DNA from: Squalus acanthias
Taxonomy: Eukaryota
Direction of reading: 5' to 3'
NCBI GenBank assembly: GCA_030390025.1
Contig: JASTWF010000071.1
Coordinates: forward strand, 930,001 to 994,000
Length of the DNA: 64,000 nt
Under the pieces are notes generated by a model that was given only the letters and a program-made list of their open reading frames with translations, was not told the DNA's origin and did no database searches. Shown piece by piece: positions 23,503 to 35,644 of this stretch (positions are counted from its first letter, which is position 1; each line of letters begins with the position of its first letter). The position numbers were made by a program, and so were the translations under genes.

Positions 23503-23983
23503 GGTCTCGGTAGCATAGTGGTTATGTTACTGGACTAGTAATCCAGAGGCCTGGACTAAGGATCCAGAGGCGCGAGTTCAAATTCCACCATGGCAGCTGG
23601 GGAATTTAAATTCAGTTAATTAAATAAATCTTGGGGGGGGGGGGGGGGGCGGAGAGAAAACACTAGTCTCAGTAAAGATGGCCATGTTGTAAAAACCCAT
23701 CTAGTTCACTAATGCCCTTTAGGGAAGGAAACCTGCCGACTTACCCGGTCTGGCCTATGTGACTCCAGACCCACAGCAATGTGGTTGACTCTTAACCGCC
23801 CTCAAATGGCCCAGCAAGCCACTCAGTTGTATCAAATCGCTACGAAAAACAATACCTTCACCACACAGGACTGCAGCGGTTCAAGGCGGCGGCTCATCAC
23901 CACCTTCACAAGGACAATTAGGGGATGGGCAATAAATGCTGGTCTTGCCAGCGACGCCCACATCCCAGGAACGAATAAAATAA
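23503..23983 (+). mobile_element. tRNA-derived SINE with a 3' tail shared with the LINE at 48200-49240
   Basis: A-box-like TAGCATAGTGG and B-box GAGTTCAAATTCC. Tail CACCACCTTC...CAATTAGGGGATGGGCAATAAATGCTGG...CGCCCACATCCC..GAATAAAA. Confidence 0.75.
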
Positions 23984-25569
23984 AAGATCAAGTGGGAAAA
24001 CTGTTTGACTGGCCTTTACAGGCAGGCTGTGCTGCAACGCCTGGGAATAAGAGTTGGTGCTACCTCTGGAGGCATCCACAGTGATCATCTCTTTTCATTA
24101 GCCTCAGAATCTCCAGAGACAGCAACGCTGCCTCATTTACTTTACCAAGCTGACACCAACCTGTGCTTGCCGTCAGTGGCCTCTGCGGTAACGTGAACAG
24201 AGTAATAAATGGCTCAGAAGAGCACCAGTCCGAGCAAGATTCGCCTCGAGTTCCTGAATGGCTGTCCAAAATTATTAATGAAATTTCCTTCAACTCTAGC
24301 ATGGCCCGGTGCCTCTCCAATCTAATAAGTGAAGGCCTGTTCAATCATTTTGGTTGGAAGCACCGCCTGCACTTGCAAACGAGGCTTTACTGATCCCACT
24401 GATGAAGATATGCTATCAAGACAACGAGAGAGAAAGAAACAAAAACAAAACACGCATTATTCATTCCAGCTCCATCCACCAGTTTATTTTGTTTTGTCAC
24501 CATTTGGTATTCATTGAACGCTGTGCAATTTTACGAGATCATGGCAGCACGTGATTGTAAACAGCTGACAGGACAGACAGGCGCTGAAGAGGGGGGGGGG
24601 GGAAACAACTGGCAATGTTTGGTCACCTCTGGAAAGACGTCTGATAAAAAAATACAATGATCCTATTTCAAAAAATTTTAAGACACGATTGTTTGGTCAC
24701 AGACACTGGAAGGAATACAAAAGCTGGGTTTGACTCAAGTGCAATAAAGGTGCAACTGGGGACTCCTGGGTGTGTGCTTGAATCAGATTTGCCTCGATAG
24801 ACTGGTTGGGAGGGAAGAGGGACAGTAAGCCATGTGGGAAGCACAATTGAGCAGCAAATCAACGAGACCAAAACCCACTAGGCTGTAAGATCAGAGCGTT
24901 AACTGCTACACAAGGCAACCCATTTATTACAAATTCTCAAGTGGTATATACCTTCTGGGTACCACTGTCATTATAGAAGAACAAAGAGGCAAAAAAAAAC
25001 TCAGATATTTGCCTCTCGGAAGAAAAAAAACCCCCTGGAAATCGGTTCCACTCTGCCTGAATCCAGCCAGCTGAGTACTGAGCGACACTGACATTTGTTA
25101 GAGAAACCTGTCACCCAAACTGCCAAGGTCTCCCATCGAGGGAGGACTGCGAGGTTCCGAGCGTTTACAAAAAGAGAGCAATTGTGCGGGGGGTGGGGGT
25201 GGGGGGGGGGGGGGGTGAGTAAAATAACTGTCAAAACAAAATTTTAGCAAAGACATTAGTTGGTTATGATATCATTTCAGTACTTTCACATTTAGGATTT
25301 TTCTAACATTAATATTTTGTGGGACCTGCCTTCTTGGGGGGGGGGGAGGGAGGGAGAGGGAGGCAGTGAGAGAGAAGAAAGGAAGAACATTCTTCATAAA
25401 CTATGACTAGGTTGAGGAAGCAGCATGCACACAATCTCGAGCCCAGACCTGAACTAGATTTTTTTTTTTTTAAATGTGACTTACGACTCCTTCACAGGAA
25501 CACCGATAGCCAACTGCACACACAGCAGTGCCAATCAGCCCCATTGATTTTCTCCTCTAAACTTTATAA

Positions 25570-25930
25570 TCAAGTCTTAGAAAATTTCAACTTTATTTCA
25601 CTGAAGCATAGCATATTGGCTGAGATTGGGTACTGAGCTGAGCCACTGCTTCGTAGATCTGGGAAGTGGAGGGGAGAAGAGAAGAGAACTACTGCGTCAT
25701 TAAAGACAAGAGATTTGTGATTTAGTGCCAAGTGACCAGTGATGGAGGGGGGGCTCACCAGATGTTCTGGGAACAAAGGGCACCATTTTGGAAAACTGCC
25801 CATTGGGGAGGGCTTCAATTTAAAAAAAAAGGAAACTAGTCCGAAGGAAAAAGGTGCCTGCTGGGTTAACAGTGCTGCAGGCCCCACCAAATTCATCTTG
25901 TCTGTTTCTTCACAAAGAGGTTCCATCAAC
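25570..25930 (-). other. PRKCSH: Putative non-coding terminal exon of PRKCSH
   Basis: Strong minus-strand acceptor TTTTTCTTTCCTGTGTAG|GTTGATGG at 25931, matching the donor 24 nt after the stop codon. AATAAA (plus TTTATT) at 25592-25597. The 3' end is approximate. Confidence 0.55.
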
Positions 25931-26299
25931 CTACACAGGAAAGAAAAAATATCATTCAGAAATCAATGCAGAAGAAATTAGAATTGTTTTTCTTTAAAAA
26001 CTTGTCTAAATTGGTTTGTTCCCATCATCCAGTGCACACTGTCTTCCCCAGTTGGCAGGATCAGATGCTAATCTGTCCAAGGCTGCTCAAGCCAGCCAGG
26101 TAGGTGTGACACCGACAGTGGCTGCCACATGTGCAGATTTTTCCCTGCCTCCCTCCATTTGGGGCGGTCCGTAGTGCATCCCTTAAAATGGAATGGCCAG
26201 GATTGGGAATACTGGGAAATTGGGTACATCAGCATAGACCTGCATCCTACATTTTGCAAGACATTTCAGTGAAGAGTCTACGCTACATCCAACTACAAG

Positions 26300-26445
26300 T
26301 CCCATTCTGACGAAAGGTCATCGACCTGAAACGTTAACGGTTTCTCTCTCCACAGATGCTGCCTGACCTGCTGAGTATTTCCAGCATTTTGTTTTTAATT
26401 TCAGATTTCCAGCATCCGCAGTATTTTGCTTTTGTACAAGTACAG
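26300..26445 (+). mobile_element. Penelope-like terminal-repeat remnant (second family) with hammerhead motif at 26305-26338
   Basis: UU CUGACGA A AGGUC AUC GACCU GAAA CG UU AA followed by CTCTCCACAGATGCTGCCTGACCTGCTGAGTATTTCCAGCATTTT. Degenerate copies at ~5740, 18750, 30040-30160, 31550 and 49630-49780. Confidence 0.7.
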
Positions 26446-27094
26446 TTCATGTGCCCAATAGCCTTCTCTCATTTCATACCTTATGCTCTTGTAGTCCACT
26501 TATCCATTAAGAATTTCAGATTCGAAGCAGTGTTACATAACTGAAAGATCATATACTGAATTTAATATGTATAATCCTTTACTCTCTCTGTTCCCTGAAT
26601 ACCAGGCTGAGTATCAGGCAAGTGGCTGCTTCACACCCTTTGGCCTATGCAACTCTTTGGCCAATTAAGTTACGAGAACAGATCAGAAATGCAGTCACTC
26701 AGGTCTCCCCATTGCGCACAGTCTGAAAGTACACGATAGTGTTTCCCCACTATAACAGGTGATATCTGTAGCATGCTTAGCAGTTGTTAAGCAGAATGCC
26801 ATCAGTACATACAGCATGAAAGCACTCTCGCTTTCCCTCCTACTTCCCCATTGTTTCCCCTGCCATCCATCATTTGAGGCAGATAATGGTGACCTGCTCC
26901 CATCATGGAGGAAGCCGCATCACTGAATTGCTCTCAAAAGACCAACAGCCTGCTTAACAACAGCAATGACAACGGGGATAAGTACATGAACAAAATGGTC
27001 CTGGGAAGGGAAATGGGTGAGGAAGAACACAGTCGGAATTCAACGTCCGTGCGAGGGGCGCTTGGCTCACCTGTTATGCCCACTTGCCCAATTC

Positions 27095-27235
27095 TCACAG
27101 TTCATCGTGGTCTGAGCCTCCTTCGTCCATTTCCTCCTGGCAAAGGGCTGGTGTTGAAAACTCCATCAGGTATTCACAGCGGCTGGGCTCTGATGTGGAT
27201 AACACAGCAGTCTCTTTGCCACAAGACAACTTAAC
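27095..27235 (-). CDS. PRKCSH: PRKCSH last coding exon (MRH domain end plus HDEL)
   Basis: AG|VKLSCGKETAVLSTSEPSRCEYLMEFSTPALCQEEMDEGGSDHDEL*TGA. The exon continues 24 nt to a GTGAGC donor at 27070. Confidence 0.96.
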   Translation of the reverse strand, partial: VKLSCGKETAVLSTSEPSRCEYLMEFSTPALCQEEMDEGGSDHDEL

Positions 27236-27334
27236 CTGTTAGCAATTGAAATGATATTAAAGCCATGCTCATTCAGCCAGGCTAAAGGTTAAAGTAGCCT
27301 GCACTTTTTATGCATTTGTTCCCTCCATTTTGGT

Positions 27335-27975
27335 GACAGATGGGCTCAGTGGTAGCGCACTCATCTCTGGGTCAGGTGGTCATGCATGGGTTCAAGCCCT
27401 TGACCAGAACTTAAGCACATAACTGAGGTTGATACTCAATTCATTACGGAGCAAGTGCTGCACTGTCGGAGCTCATTTGTGCACAGCAAGGTACCACAAA
27501 CAGCAATGAGTGATTGAGGGACAAATGTTGGCCAGGGCACCAGGGAACTCTGCTCTTCATCGAGTTAACAGCACAGAAACAAGCCATTTGGCCCAACTGG
27601 TCTGTCGGCGTTTATGCTCCACACAAGCCTCCTCCCACGATACTTCATCTAACCCCATCAGCATAACCTTCTATTCCTCTCTTCCCCATGTACTTATCTA
27701 GCTTCCCCTTAAATACATCTATGCTATTTGCCTCAACTACTCCTTGTGGTATCTTCTTTGGAAAAAGTGCCACGGGATCCTTTATGTCCATCTGAACAGG
27801 CGGGGCCTTGGTTTAATGTCTCATCCTAAAAGACAGCGCCTCAGTCAATGCAGATATCCTTCAGTACTGCACTGAGGCAGCAACCTGGATTATATGCTCA
27901 AGTAATGGTGTGGGACTTGTACCCACGACCTTCCACCTCAGAGCCAAGTGCTAGCAACTGAGCCATAATGACACC
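27335..27975. mobile_element. Composite: Deu-SINE head (+), Deu-SINE (-), and an inserted CR1 tail (~27560-27750)
   Basis: GGCTCAGTGGTAGC...GTGCTGCACTGTCGGAG on +; reverse Deu core AGTGCCACGGGATCC...CCTTGGTTTAATGTCTCATCC; CR1-like CAGCACAGAAACAAGCCATTTGGCCCAAC. Confidence 0.7.
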
Positions 27976-28090
27976 GAACTGACTTGCAACAAAATGACTG
28001 CCTATAGAATCACCTGCATCTTCTGTTTCTCACGCACGTGACAACAAACTATCCACTGTGCTGCACAAATACAAATCTAGATGCACTTAC

Positions 28091-28190
28091 CAAAGTGGAT
28101 CTGTTTGGCCCCTGCCAACAGCCAGTACCATGTTCATACTTCATCATACTAAACTTATTGCTTTCTGGTCCAGCCCAAGAACCCCACAAG
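28091..28190 (-). CDS. PRKCSH: PRKCSH coding exon (MRH domain)
   Basis: AG|(G)LWGSWAGPESNKFSMMKYEHGTGCWQGPNRSTL|GTAAGT, 100 nt. Confidence 0.96.
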
Positions 28191-28267
28191 CTGCAAGCAC
28201 ACAAAAAAAAAAGCTATTAATACATTCCAACAACATAAGTGTGCTTGTTGCAAAATGAACTAAATTA

Positions 28268-28578
28268 ACACGGTGGCATAGTGGTTAGCACTGTTGCCTC
28301 ACAGCGCCAGGGACCCGGGTTTTCGAATCCGGCCTCGGGTGACTGTCTGTGTGGAGTTTGCACATTCTCCCCGTGTCTGCGTGGGTTTCCTCCGGGTGCT
28401 CCGGTTTCCTCCCACAGTCCAAAGATGTGCGGGTTAGGTTGATTTGGCTATGATAAATTGACCCTTAGTGTTAGGGGGGATTAAATACGTGGGGTTACGG
28501 GGATAGGGTGGGATATGTGTCGGTGCAGGCTCGATGGGCCGAAATGGCCTCTATCTGCACTGTGGGGATTCTGTGATT
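28268..28578 (+). mobile_element. HE1-like V-SINE (elasmobranch SINE)
   Basis: tRNA head GGTGGCATAGTGGTTAGCACTG...GGGTTTTCGAATCC, V-domain GTGTGGAGTTTGCACATTCTCCCCGTGTCTGCGTGGGTTTCCTCCGGGTGCTCCGGTTTCCTCCCACAGTCCAAAGATGTG, and CR1-like tail GATGGGCCGAAATGGCCTC. Confidence 0.9.
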
Positions 28579-28584
28579 AACATT

Positions 28585-29350
28585 GGAACATATGAATAGG
28601 AGTAGGCTATTCAGCTGCTCAAGCCTGTTCTGCCATTCAATTCGATCATGGCTGATCTGTAGCTCAACTCCATTTACCCGCCTTGGTTCCATATCCCTCA
28701 ATACTCTTGCCGAGCAAAAATCTATCCATCTCAGTTTTGAAATTTTCAATTGACCAAGGAGTGTTCCAGATTTTCACTACCCTTTTTGTGTGAAGTGCTT
28801 CCTGACATCAACAACAACTTGTATTTATATAGCACCTTTAACGTAGTAAAATGTACCAAGGCGCTTCAAACAAAATTTAGCACCGAGCCACATAAGGACA
28901 TATTAGGACAGGTGACCAAAAGCTTGGTCAAAGAGGTAGGTTTTTAAGGAGCGTATTAATGGAGAGAGCAGTAGAGAAAGGTAGAGAGGTTATGGGGGGG
29001 GGAAACTGCAGAGCCTGTGAATGCACAGCCACCAATGGTGGAACGATTAAAAATCTGGAAGGCACAAGAGGCTAGAATTGGAGGAGCACAGAGATCTCCG
29101 AGAGTTGTAGGAGGTTACAGAGATAGGGAGGGGCGAGGCGGGATTTCAAAAAATCGAGGCATTACCAGAATGTAGGTCAGTGGGCACTCCTGAACGGCCA
29201 AGCTCTAATTTTAAGGTTATGCCCCCTTGTTCTGGACTTACCCCACCAGAGGAAATAGTTTCTCTCCATCTACCCCATCAACTCCTTTCATCGTTTTAAA
29301 CACAATTAGATCACCCCTTAATCTTCTATACTCAAGGGAATACAAGCCTA
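28585..29350 (-). mobile_element. CR1 3' fragment split by an L2 tail insertion (~28808-29185)
   Basis: CR1 tail AGGAGTAGGCTATTCAGC...; L2 tail CAACAACAACTTGTATTTATATAGCACCTTTAACGTAG; CR1 resumes at CTAATTTTAAGGTTATGCCCCCTTGTTCTGG. Confidence 0.75.
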
Positions 29351-31289
29351 ACAAGATGAAGCTTTCCCCAAAGGTTCAGTGGGTAAATGTACCACATCTA
29401 GTACTGGGCTACACAGGCCTCATGGTTTTAGATTCAATCTTGGTCTGAGCTCAGTTACCTGATCTCAGATGCGCTGCATCTTGTCTCAATGCCCCCGAGC
29501 TAGGGGTTGAGGGGGGGGGTTTAAACATAACAAGCAGCTATTGCTGCTGGAAGGTGCACACGTGTGTCGGACAATGGCAGGACTGGTTTCACCTAAAATA
29601 CATTCCATGGGCAAGTGGCATGTTGGCATTCAACATTTCTCCTGCACATGAAGAATGACCACTTGGATATAATACCAGAGGACAGCCAGCATCTGTGAAC
29701 CCATTTTCCAGCACAAGCCATTGCAGTCGAGAGAGGGGCGAAAATGTGAAAAAGTTAAAACGAGCAGACAAAACGTGTCTCATCTGGTGTTCAGGGGCAG
29801 CAGCGGGGAAGTGTTCCGGAGTTCACCAAGTGGAACAACACTGAACACGTTTACAACTACCAACCGAAATAAATCCTCACTTAACACGTTTACTATTCAC
29901 TGGAACCAAAGCAATTCTTTCCCTTGGGTGCCCGAAATCAAACTGTGCACCCTGTACCTATGTGAATAATTCGGTTTTGAGAAGGAAGGGCTGGGGTTGG
30001 GGATCTCAGCCTAAACATCCCTAGACCACGAGACAAGGAGAAATAATACAATAGAAAATGTTGGAAACACACAGCAGGTGCACTAGCGCCTGAAAGGAGG
30101 ATACGCAAACATTTTAAGCGCAGGCACTTCCCAGTTCCGATGAAGGCTCTCAATGCGAAGCATTAAAAATTGAAACAGAGTAAGATATAGGGTTGCAAGA
30201 AGAGAGAAGGGCATTGGGATTCGTTTTGGATTGTTCTAGCGAAGAGCCGGCACAGACATGATGGGCTGAATGGCCTCCTTCTGTAATGTAAACTTCCACG
30301 GTTAACCAATCTTTTCTCAGATGCTGTGTATTAGCAGCAGTTTTCGTAATTACAAATTTTCAGCACTGGCAGCTGTCCATTAATTCTACTATTGGGTATA
30401 GGCAGCAATAGGAGGCAACGATATGGTCTCCATTTTCTCTTTGGCGGCGAGACTACTCAAGCCTACTTGGTACTTCCGTTCCCCTTTTTTCTTTAAAGAT
30501 AGCATTTAAGAAAAAGATGATAACCAGTCGCTAGCATGTTAGAACTGGAAAATCTAGGCATCCCCTTCCGTAGCATTCAAGGTTTAGATTTAGCATTGCT
30601 TCCATAATGTGTTTCATGTAAAGATTCCGTGCTTGAAATATATAAAGGATTTTTTTTTTGGTAAACATTTCAAGAGATAATAGATTCTATTAAGAGTTTT
30701 AGAAATCATCTTCTACAAGTCAAAAGAAGGGGGAAAAGAAATCATTCGGCTTTAACAGTTGTTCAACTAAGGAATGGTTATAAAAGAATATGATTAAATA
30801 TTTAACAGCTTCATTTTTTTTTCAAAGCAATTCTGAGATACCCTGGACATTTTAACATCAGTACAAATTTTTTTTGAAAGAAGATTGAAACAGTAGTTGA
30901 CAAAAAGGAAAGAGGTTATTACTACAAAAATACAGGGGATTGACTTTCATTCTGTCCAGCAAAAAGCATACTATATGAAATATATGCTTTCAAGGTCAAA
31001 AAACAGCACTTTTCTCTCAGGCACCTTGGCTGACATATGTTACCCATCACATAATAGATCAAAGTGTAGATCAGCCCAATGGCAGACAGAACTAGTTGAA
31101 ATTTGGAGCATCATTAGGTGGAGTGAATGAATTTTTCAGCCTCCAGATTGGTCCCAGGTTCTGCGTGGTTACAGTTCACTACTTGGGAAGACGGACTCAG
31201 CCAGACCTGCTTTAAGTGGCACAGCCGGCAGAGTGGTCCGCACCCCTGGGGTCTTCCACCATGGTCCCGGGCCACGGGAGCCTTCACTG

Positions 31290-31670
31290 CATTGCCAGAT
31301 TTTGCATGCTCTCCCACCACCCCCCGCTGTGACCATTTATACCTCCTCTGCTCCCATCTTTTCTTTCTTTACTTGTCCCACTAATGCCCGCTTTTGTCTT
31401 GCACCATCATCCCTTTTGTCATTTTAAATCACTCCTGCCCTCCACCTGATCAGAGCTTGCTCTTTTGTTCTTTCCCTGCTCCCACCAATCCCCACCCTCT
31501 TTGACTTGGACCTGCTATTGTTTAAAAGCTGTTCATCTCCAACATCTTCCAGAAAGATCGACTTGAAGCGTCAACTCTGTTTCTCTCTCCAGAGGCTGCC
31601 TGACCTGCTGAGTGTTTCCAGCAGTTTGTTTTTATTTCAGATTTCCAGCATCCGCAGGTACCTTGCTTCG
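31290..31670 (+). mobile_element. Decayed Penelope-like 3' region and terminal repeat (same family as 26300)
   Basis: Pyrimidine-rich body, then GATCGACTTGAAGCGTCAACTCTGTTTCTCTCTCCAGAGGCTGCCTGACCTGCTGAGTGTTTCCAGCA. The ribozyme core is broken. Confidence 0.6.
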
Positions 31671-32113
31671 AGCGGCATACTTTGACGCGTTACTCCTATC
31701 TCATCGTGCAGATAGATTTGTGCAGTACTAATTGCTATTCGAAACCCATGATCAGATTAGAGAGCGGCATGGATGGTCATCAAGCAGTCTGGCTCGAACC
31801 ACTCTGAGCTGCTGGCATGAGGATAAATAAGCCAACTTCAGGCAGGTTGGTTGCAATATGGGCAAGCTAGTGGCATACCAAAGCATTGCGATATACAGTG
31901 CTCCAACATAGAGACCTGAACTCCTAATCTCAGCTGGACCAGTCAGTGAAATCTGACCACACATAATTCTGAGAAACTGACGTGGATAAAAATCTGAGTG
32001 TCGACCCATACTATTTTCTACAATTTGAAGTGAAGAGGAGGAAACATAATTGAAAAAGTAAAAAAAAAGTTAAAGTAAAAAGTTAAATCCACTGTACAAA
32101 TCGATTATCTTAC

Positions 32114-32188
32114 CCTAGACTAGTTTCGGAACCTCCATGTTTCGGCTTTTGTGCCACTTTGTTGAATGGACAGAGCTTGTAGACGTAC
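32114..32188 (-). CDS. PRKCSH: PRKCSH coding exon (MRH domain)
   Basis: AG|(E)[24 protein letters not shown](G)|GTAAGA, 75 nt. Confidence 0.96.
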
Positions 32189-33059
32189 CTGTAAGAAACG
32201 GAGAACCATCGTTAAACTCAAAATCCTGAACCACGTTCAATATTTCATTACTTCTAGCCCAGGGATGTTCACATGTGCCACCACCCCACCTCTTCCCCTC
32301 CCCCCCCCACCCCCACCCAAGCCCTCGAAGCCCAGACAACTCAATTCCATTTTCCCTTATATTTCCTATTTGCTGGTTTGCCCGGTTTGAATTTCGTACA
32401 TCGGGAGGTTTGGAAAGGACTGTTTTGAGGCTGTTGCCCTATGAGTGGATAAATCCTAAATTAAAACACAGATCCACGAGCAACTTGATATATGCAAAGT
32501 TAATCAGTATATGGACTTAAACGAATAGTTCCGAGGCTCCATACTGCACACTTATGCAGCGCACAAAAGACAAAAGCTTGGACACGCAAGTTCTAGCCTA
32601 TTCCTACCTTCCCCTTCACAGAGGACTTGAAAGTAGGCTGCATATAGTGACACCACTATTCCCGGCCACAGTGGCGATGATTGGGTAATTCCTCTGTCAA
32701 TCACACCTGGAGTAACCGCACTTCTGCAGGTGACTGGGATTGAATTTGGAATGTGTAACTATCCATCATTCACTGCGTTCTGCTGGAGAAATCATCCCTG
32801 CTTTTATTGGGAGACTTGGCTGTAGTTTCGGTCAGGAGTTCGGTTTGCTGTAGTTTGGAGAGACTCTTTAAATAGACACTGTTTGCCGCAAGTCCTGCCG
32901 TAAGTCTGGCCCCACCTCCAACTCATTGGCTGACACAGTGGGGACACTTTGTTGAAAGTATAGTAACAAAGCAGCGTAATGGGAACAACCTGATCAATGC
33001 TCTACCAGAGCACTTCACAGCATCAAGGCTGGGAAGAATGTTTCCTTCTCGTTACTAAA

Positions 33060-33412
33060 AGCAAAGATAGACTTGCACCCATCACGTCCTCAGGACTTTC
33101 CAAAGTGCTTTTCAGCCAATGAAGTACTATTTGAAGTGTAGTCACTGTTCTAATGTAGGAAACGCAGCAGCCAAATTGCACACAGCAAGGTGCCGCAAAC
33201 AGCAATGAGATAACAACCAGATTTATTTATTTATTTATTTAATTTTTTTTAAAGATTTTGGTTGAGGGATAAATGTTGGCCACGGCAGTACAAAAAACTC
33301 CCCAGCTCCTCTTCGAATAGTGCCCTGGGATCTTGCACGTCTACCCGAGAGCGCAGATGGAACCTCGGTTTAACGTCTCATTCGAAAAGACGGCACCTCC
33401 AACAGTGCAGCA
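33060..33412 (-). mobile_element. Deu-domain SINE
   Basis: Reverse-complement tail (CAGCCAATGAAGTAC..TTGAAGTGTAGTCAC) and Deu core (CTCTTCGAATAGTGCC...CTCGGTTTAACGTCTCATTCGAAA). Confidence 0.8.
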
Positions 33413-35644
33413 TACACGTGTAGCATTAAATTTCCTGGTAATCAACTGCAAATTTCTCAAATCAACTTGATGTAATGGTTTAAAATCATTGATCCTTTAG
33501 TGCAATTGTCACGCAATGACAGAGCTCACTGACCACACAAATGGACCCATAACTGGAAACATTAAGAGGATATTCTTTAAAATTAAAGATTTTTTATAAA
33601 AGTACTGCAATAGATAACACCACATGTCCCTCCATTCGCCTTGGGTGGCACAGACACCTCTTCCCTCTTTCAAAACCCTCTTGGACCATACTTAGAGACA
33701 CCTCCCCAACCTCTTCCCACCACGATTTGGCGGCCATTATTGCCTCTGCGAAGCGCTTTGGTACATTTTACAATGTGGATTGAGTGTCAATTTGTTGCTG
33801 TTATCACACTGACAAAGTACTCATACTACAACTAATATTTACATAGTGCTTCTCACAATGAAAAGCACTTGGCAAGGTAGGACCTGATCTAAAAAGAGGG
33901 TAGAAAAATTTAGGTGGGGGGGGCAGGGAAGAAGGGAGAAAAACTGAAGATATGACAAAAGAGAGAGGCTGTTTAATAGGCTTCTGAAGATAATGAGAGA
34001 GAAGGCAAAGTAATCAAGATGGGAATATTCCAAGGGGCAGTGATGGAGCAACTCAACGAATAGCCTTTAACAATGAATTAAATGAAATGCACTTCAGCCT
34101 CAAGTTTATTTATGGTGTCAAGAATTGGAAGCGTTTGCTCAGTTTCCCCTCAGCACTTGTATGCAAGCACCTCGCCTCCATTTGTAATGGAGAAACTGAA
34201 GAAACAACTCGCTAGTCCCATCACCCTCTCCTCCCACTAACAAGCTGTGCCGCCATGGTGACTAGGAATATCAGCAAGAAATAATTCACTTTGGAAATTC
34301 ATAGATTCATAAAGACACAGCTTATTTTGAAAGCTGAAAAGATTTTCAAGTGTTAGGAAGGCCAACAAGCTTCACTGCACAAAGTACAAATGTATACAAG
34401 GGGGAACAAGAGTGAATGCTGAAAGTAAGGAGTTACCACAAATATCTTAACTTGATGATTTGGTTCTGTTTCATAGAGTACTGCAATGGCAGGAATGCTG
34501 CAAGGGGATTAAAAAAAAAGTTACCAACGGTCATTAACTTTGACAGCATTTTGTCTATTTGGGGGTTTTTTTTAAAAAAAAATATGAAACATAATCCCAG
34601 TTTAAGCAACCAAGTCTCACAATGACACCCTGGAGGAGTTACTGACAGATAGTGCAAGGCAGCTGAATTACCAAGAGATGGTCATTATCCAGAGGTGCTT
34701 CACTGATCTTGTCATTTTGACCGGGAGAGATTCCAGATTAATCCAGCTCCCCCGCACCATCAAGAATCACAGCTCCTCCAAATCAGTTCTCCTAATACCA
34801 TCAGCACCGACTGCTGAAGCAAAAGGTACGCACACCATCCCTATCTCAGATGTCAGAAAAATATTTACTGAAAAATGGCATGATCAGTTTTACTGATGCT
34901 AAATTTGCTCTCAGTATGTGGGAAACTCTGGCAAGGCCATATTTTCCAGTTTATCCTACGTGCTGGTGGGAAGGTCTCCCATTACTGCATACAAACTTCA
35001 GACTTTTAAACTCAACCCTGAAGCCAATATATATGTAAGGGTCAACCAGAACATCTGTCATAATGTTGGGTTCTCAAATAACTAAAATCACAGGATTCTG
35101 TCAAGGTTCAAAAATCCTGGAAGCTATGAAAATCTTATGAGCCCATATAATCTCATGATATTTCTACTGCTCCACAATATCACCACCAATTAGGGGGGCT
35201 GCAGACCAGAAGTTATCAGCTAAGCATGCCAAAATTCTGCATCCATCCAAACAGAGGGGGTCAAATCACATACAGTGCAGCTTACCGTCCAACCACCGTT
35301 ACCCTACAGAACCGTGTGCCTGCCCAATACGGAAATATGAAAAAAAGGACCGAATAAAAGAAGAACTACATAGTAGCAGTGGTCGATTGAAACAGAGCTA
35401 TGCTGACAGGCTGACCAACAAAAAGAGGTCGGCAGATGAGGTATGATGGGATGGTATCTGCAGAATCCTGGTAAACACAGCAACCTTCAACCAGCTGCTG
35501 TTAATCGTCCATCTAAATACAAGAGTTTCATTTAGTGCTTTTAGTAAATCATGCAATAGCCACAAGTGAACTGCCCTATTGCAGATAGGGAGAGGGGGGG
35601 GGGGGGGTGTGATCGGATTGTGAGGGAGAGAGGAGGGATCGAGA

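Noticed and set aside
28270-28345. tRNA-like sequences (also at 23503, 14225 and 59680-59743)
   Set aside because: These are SINE heads followed by V/Deu cores and LINE-like tails; no complete cloverleaf.
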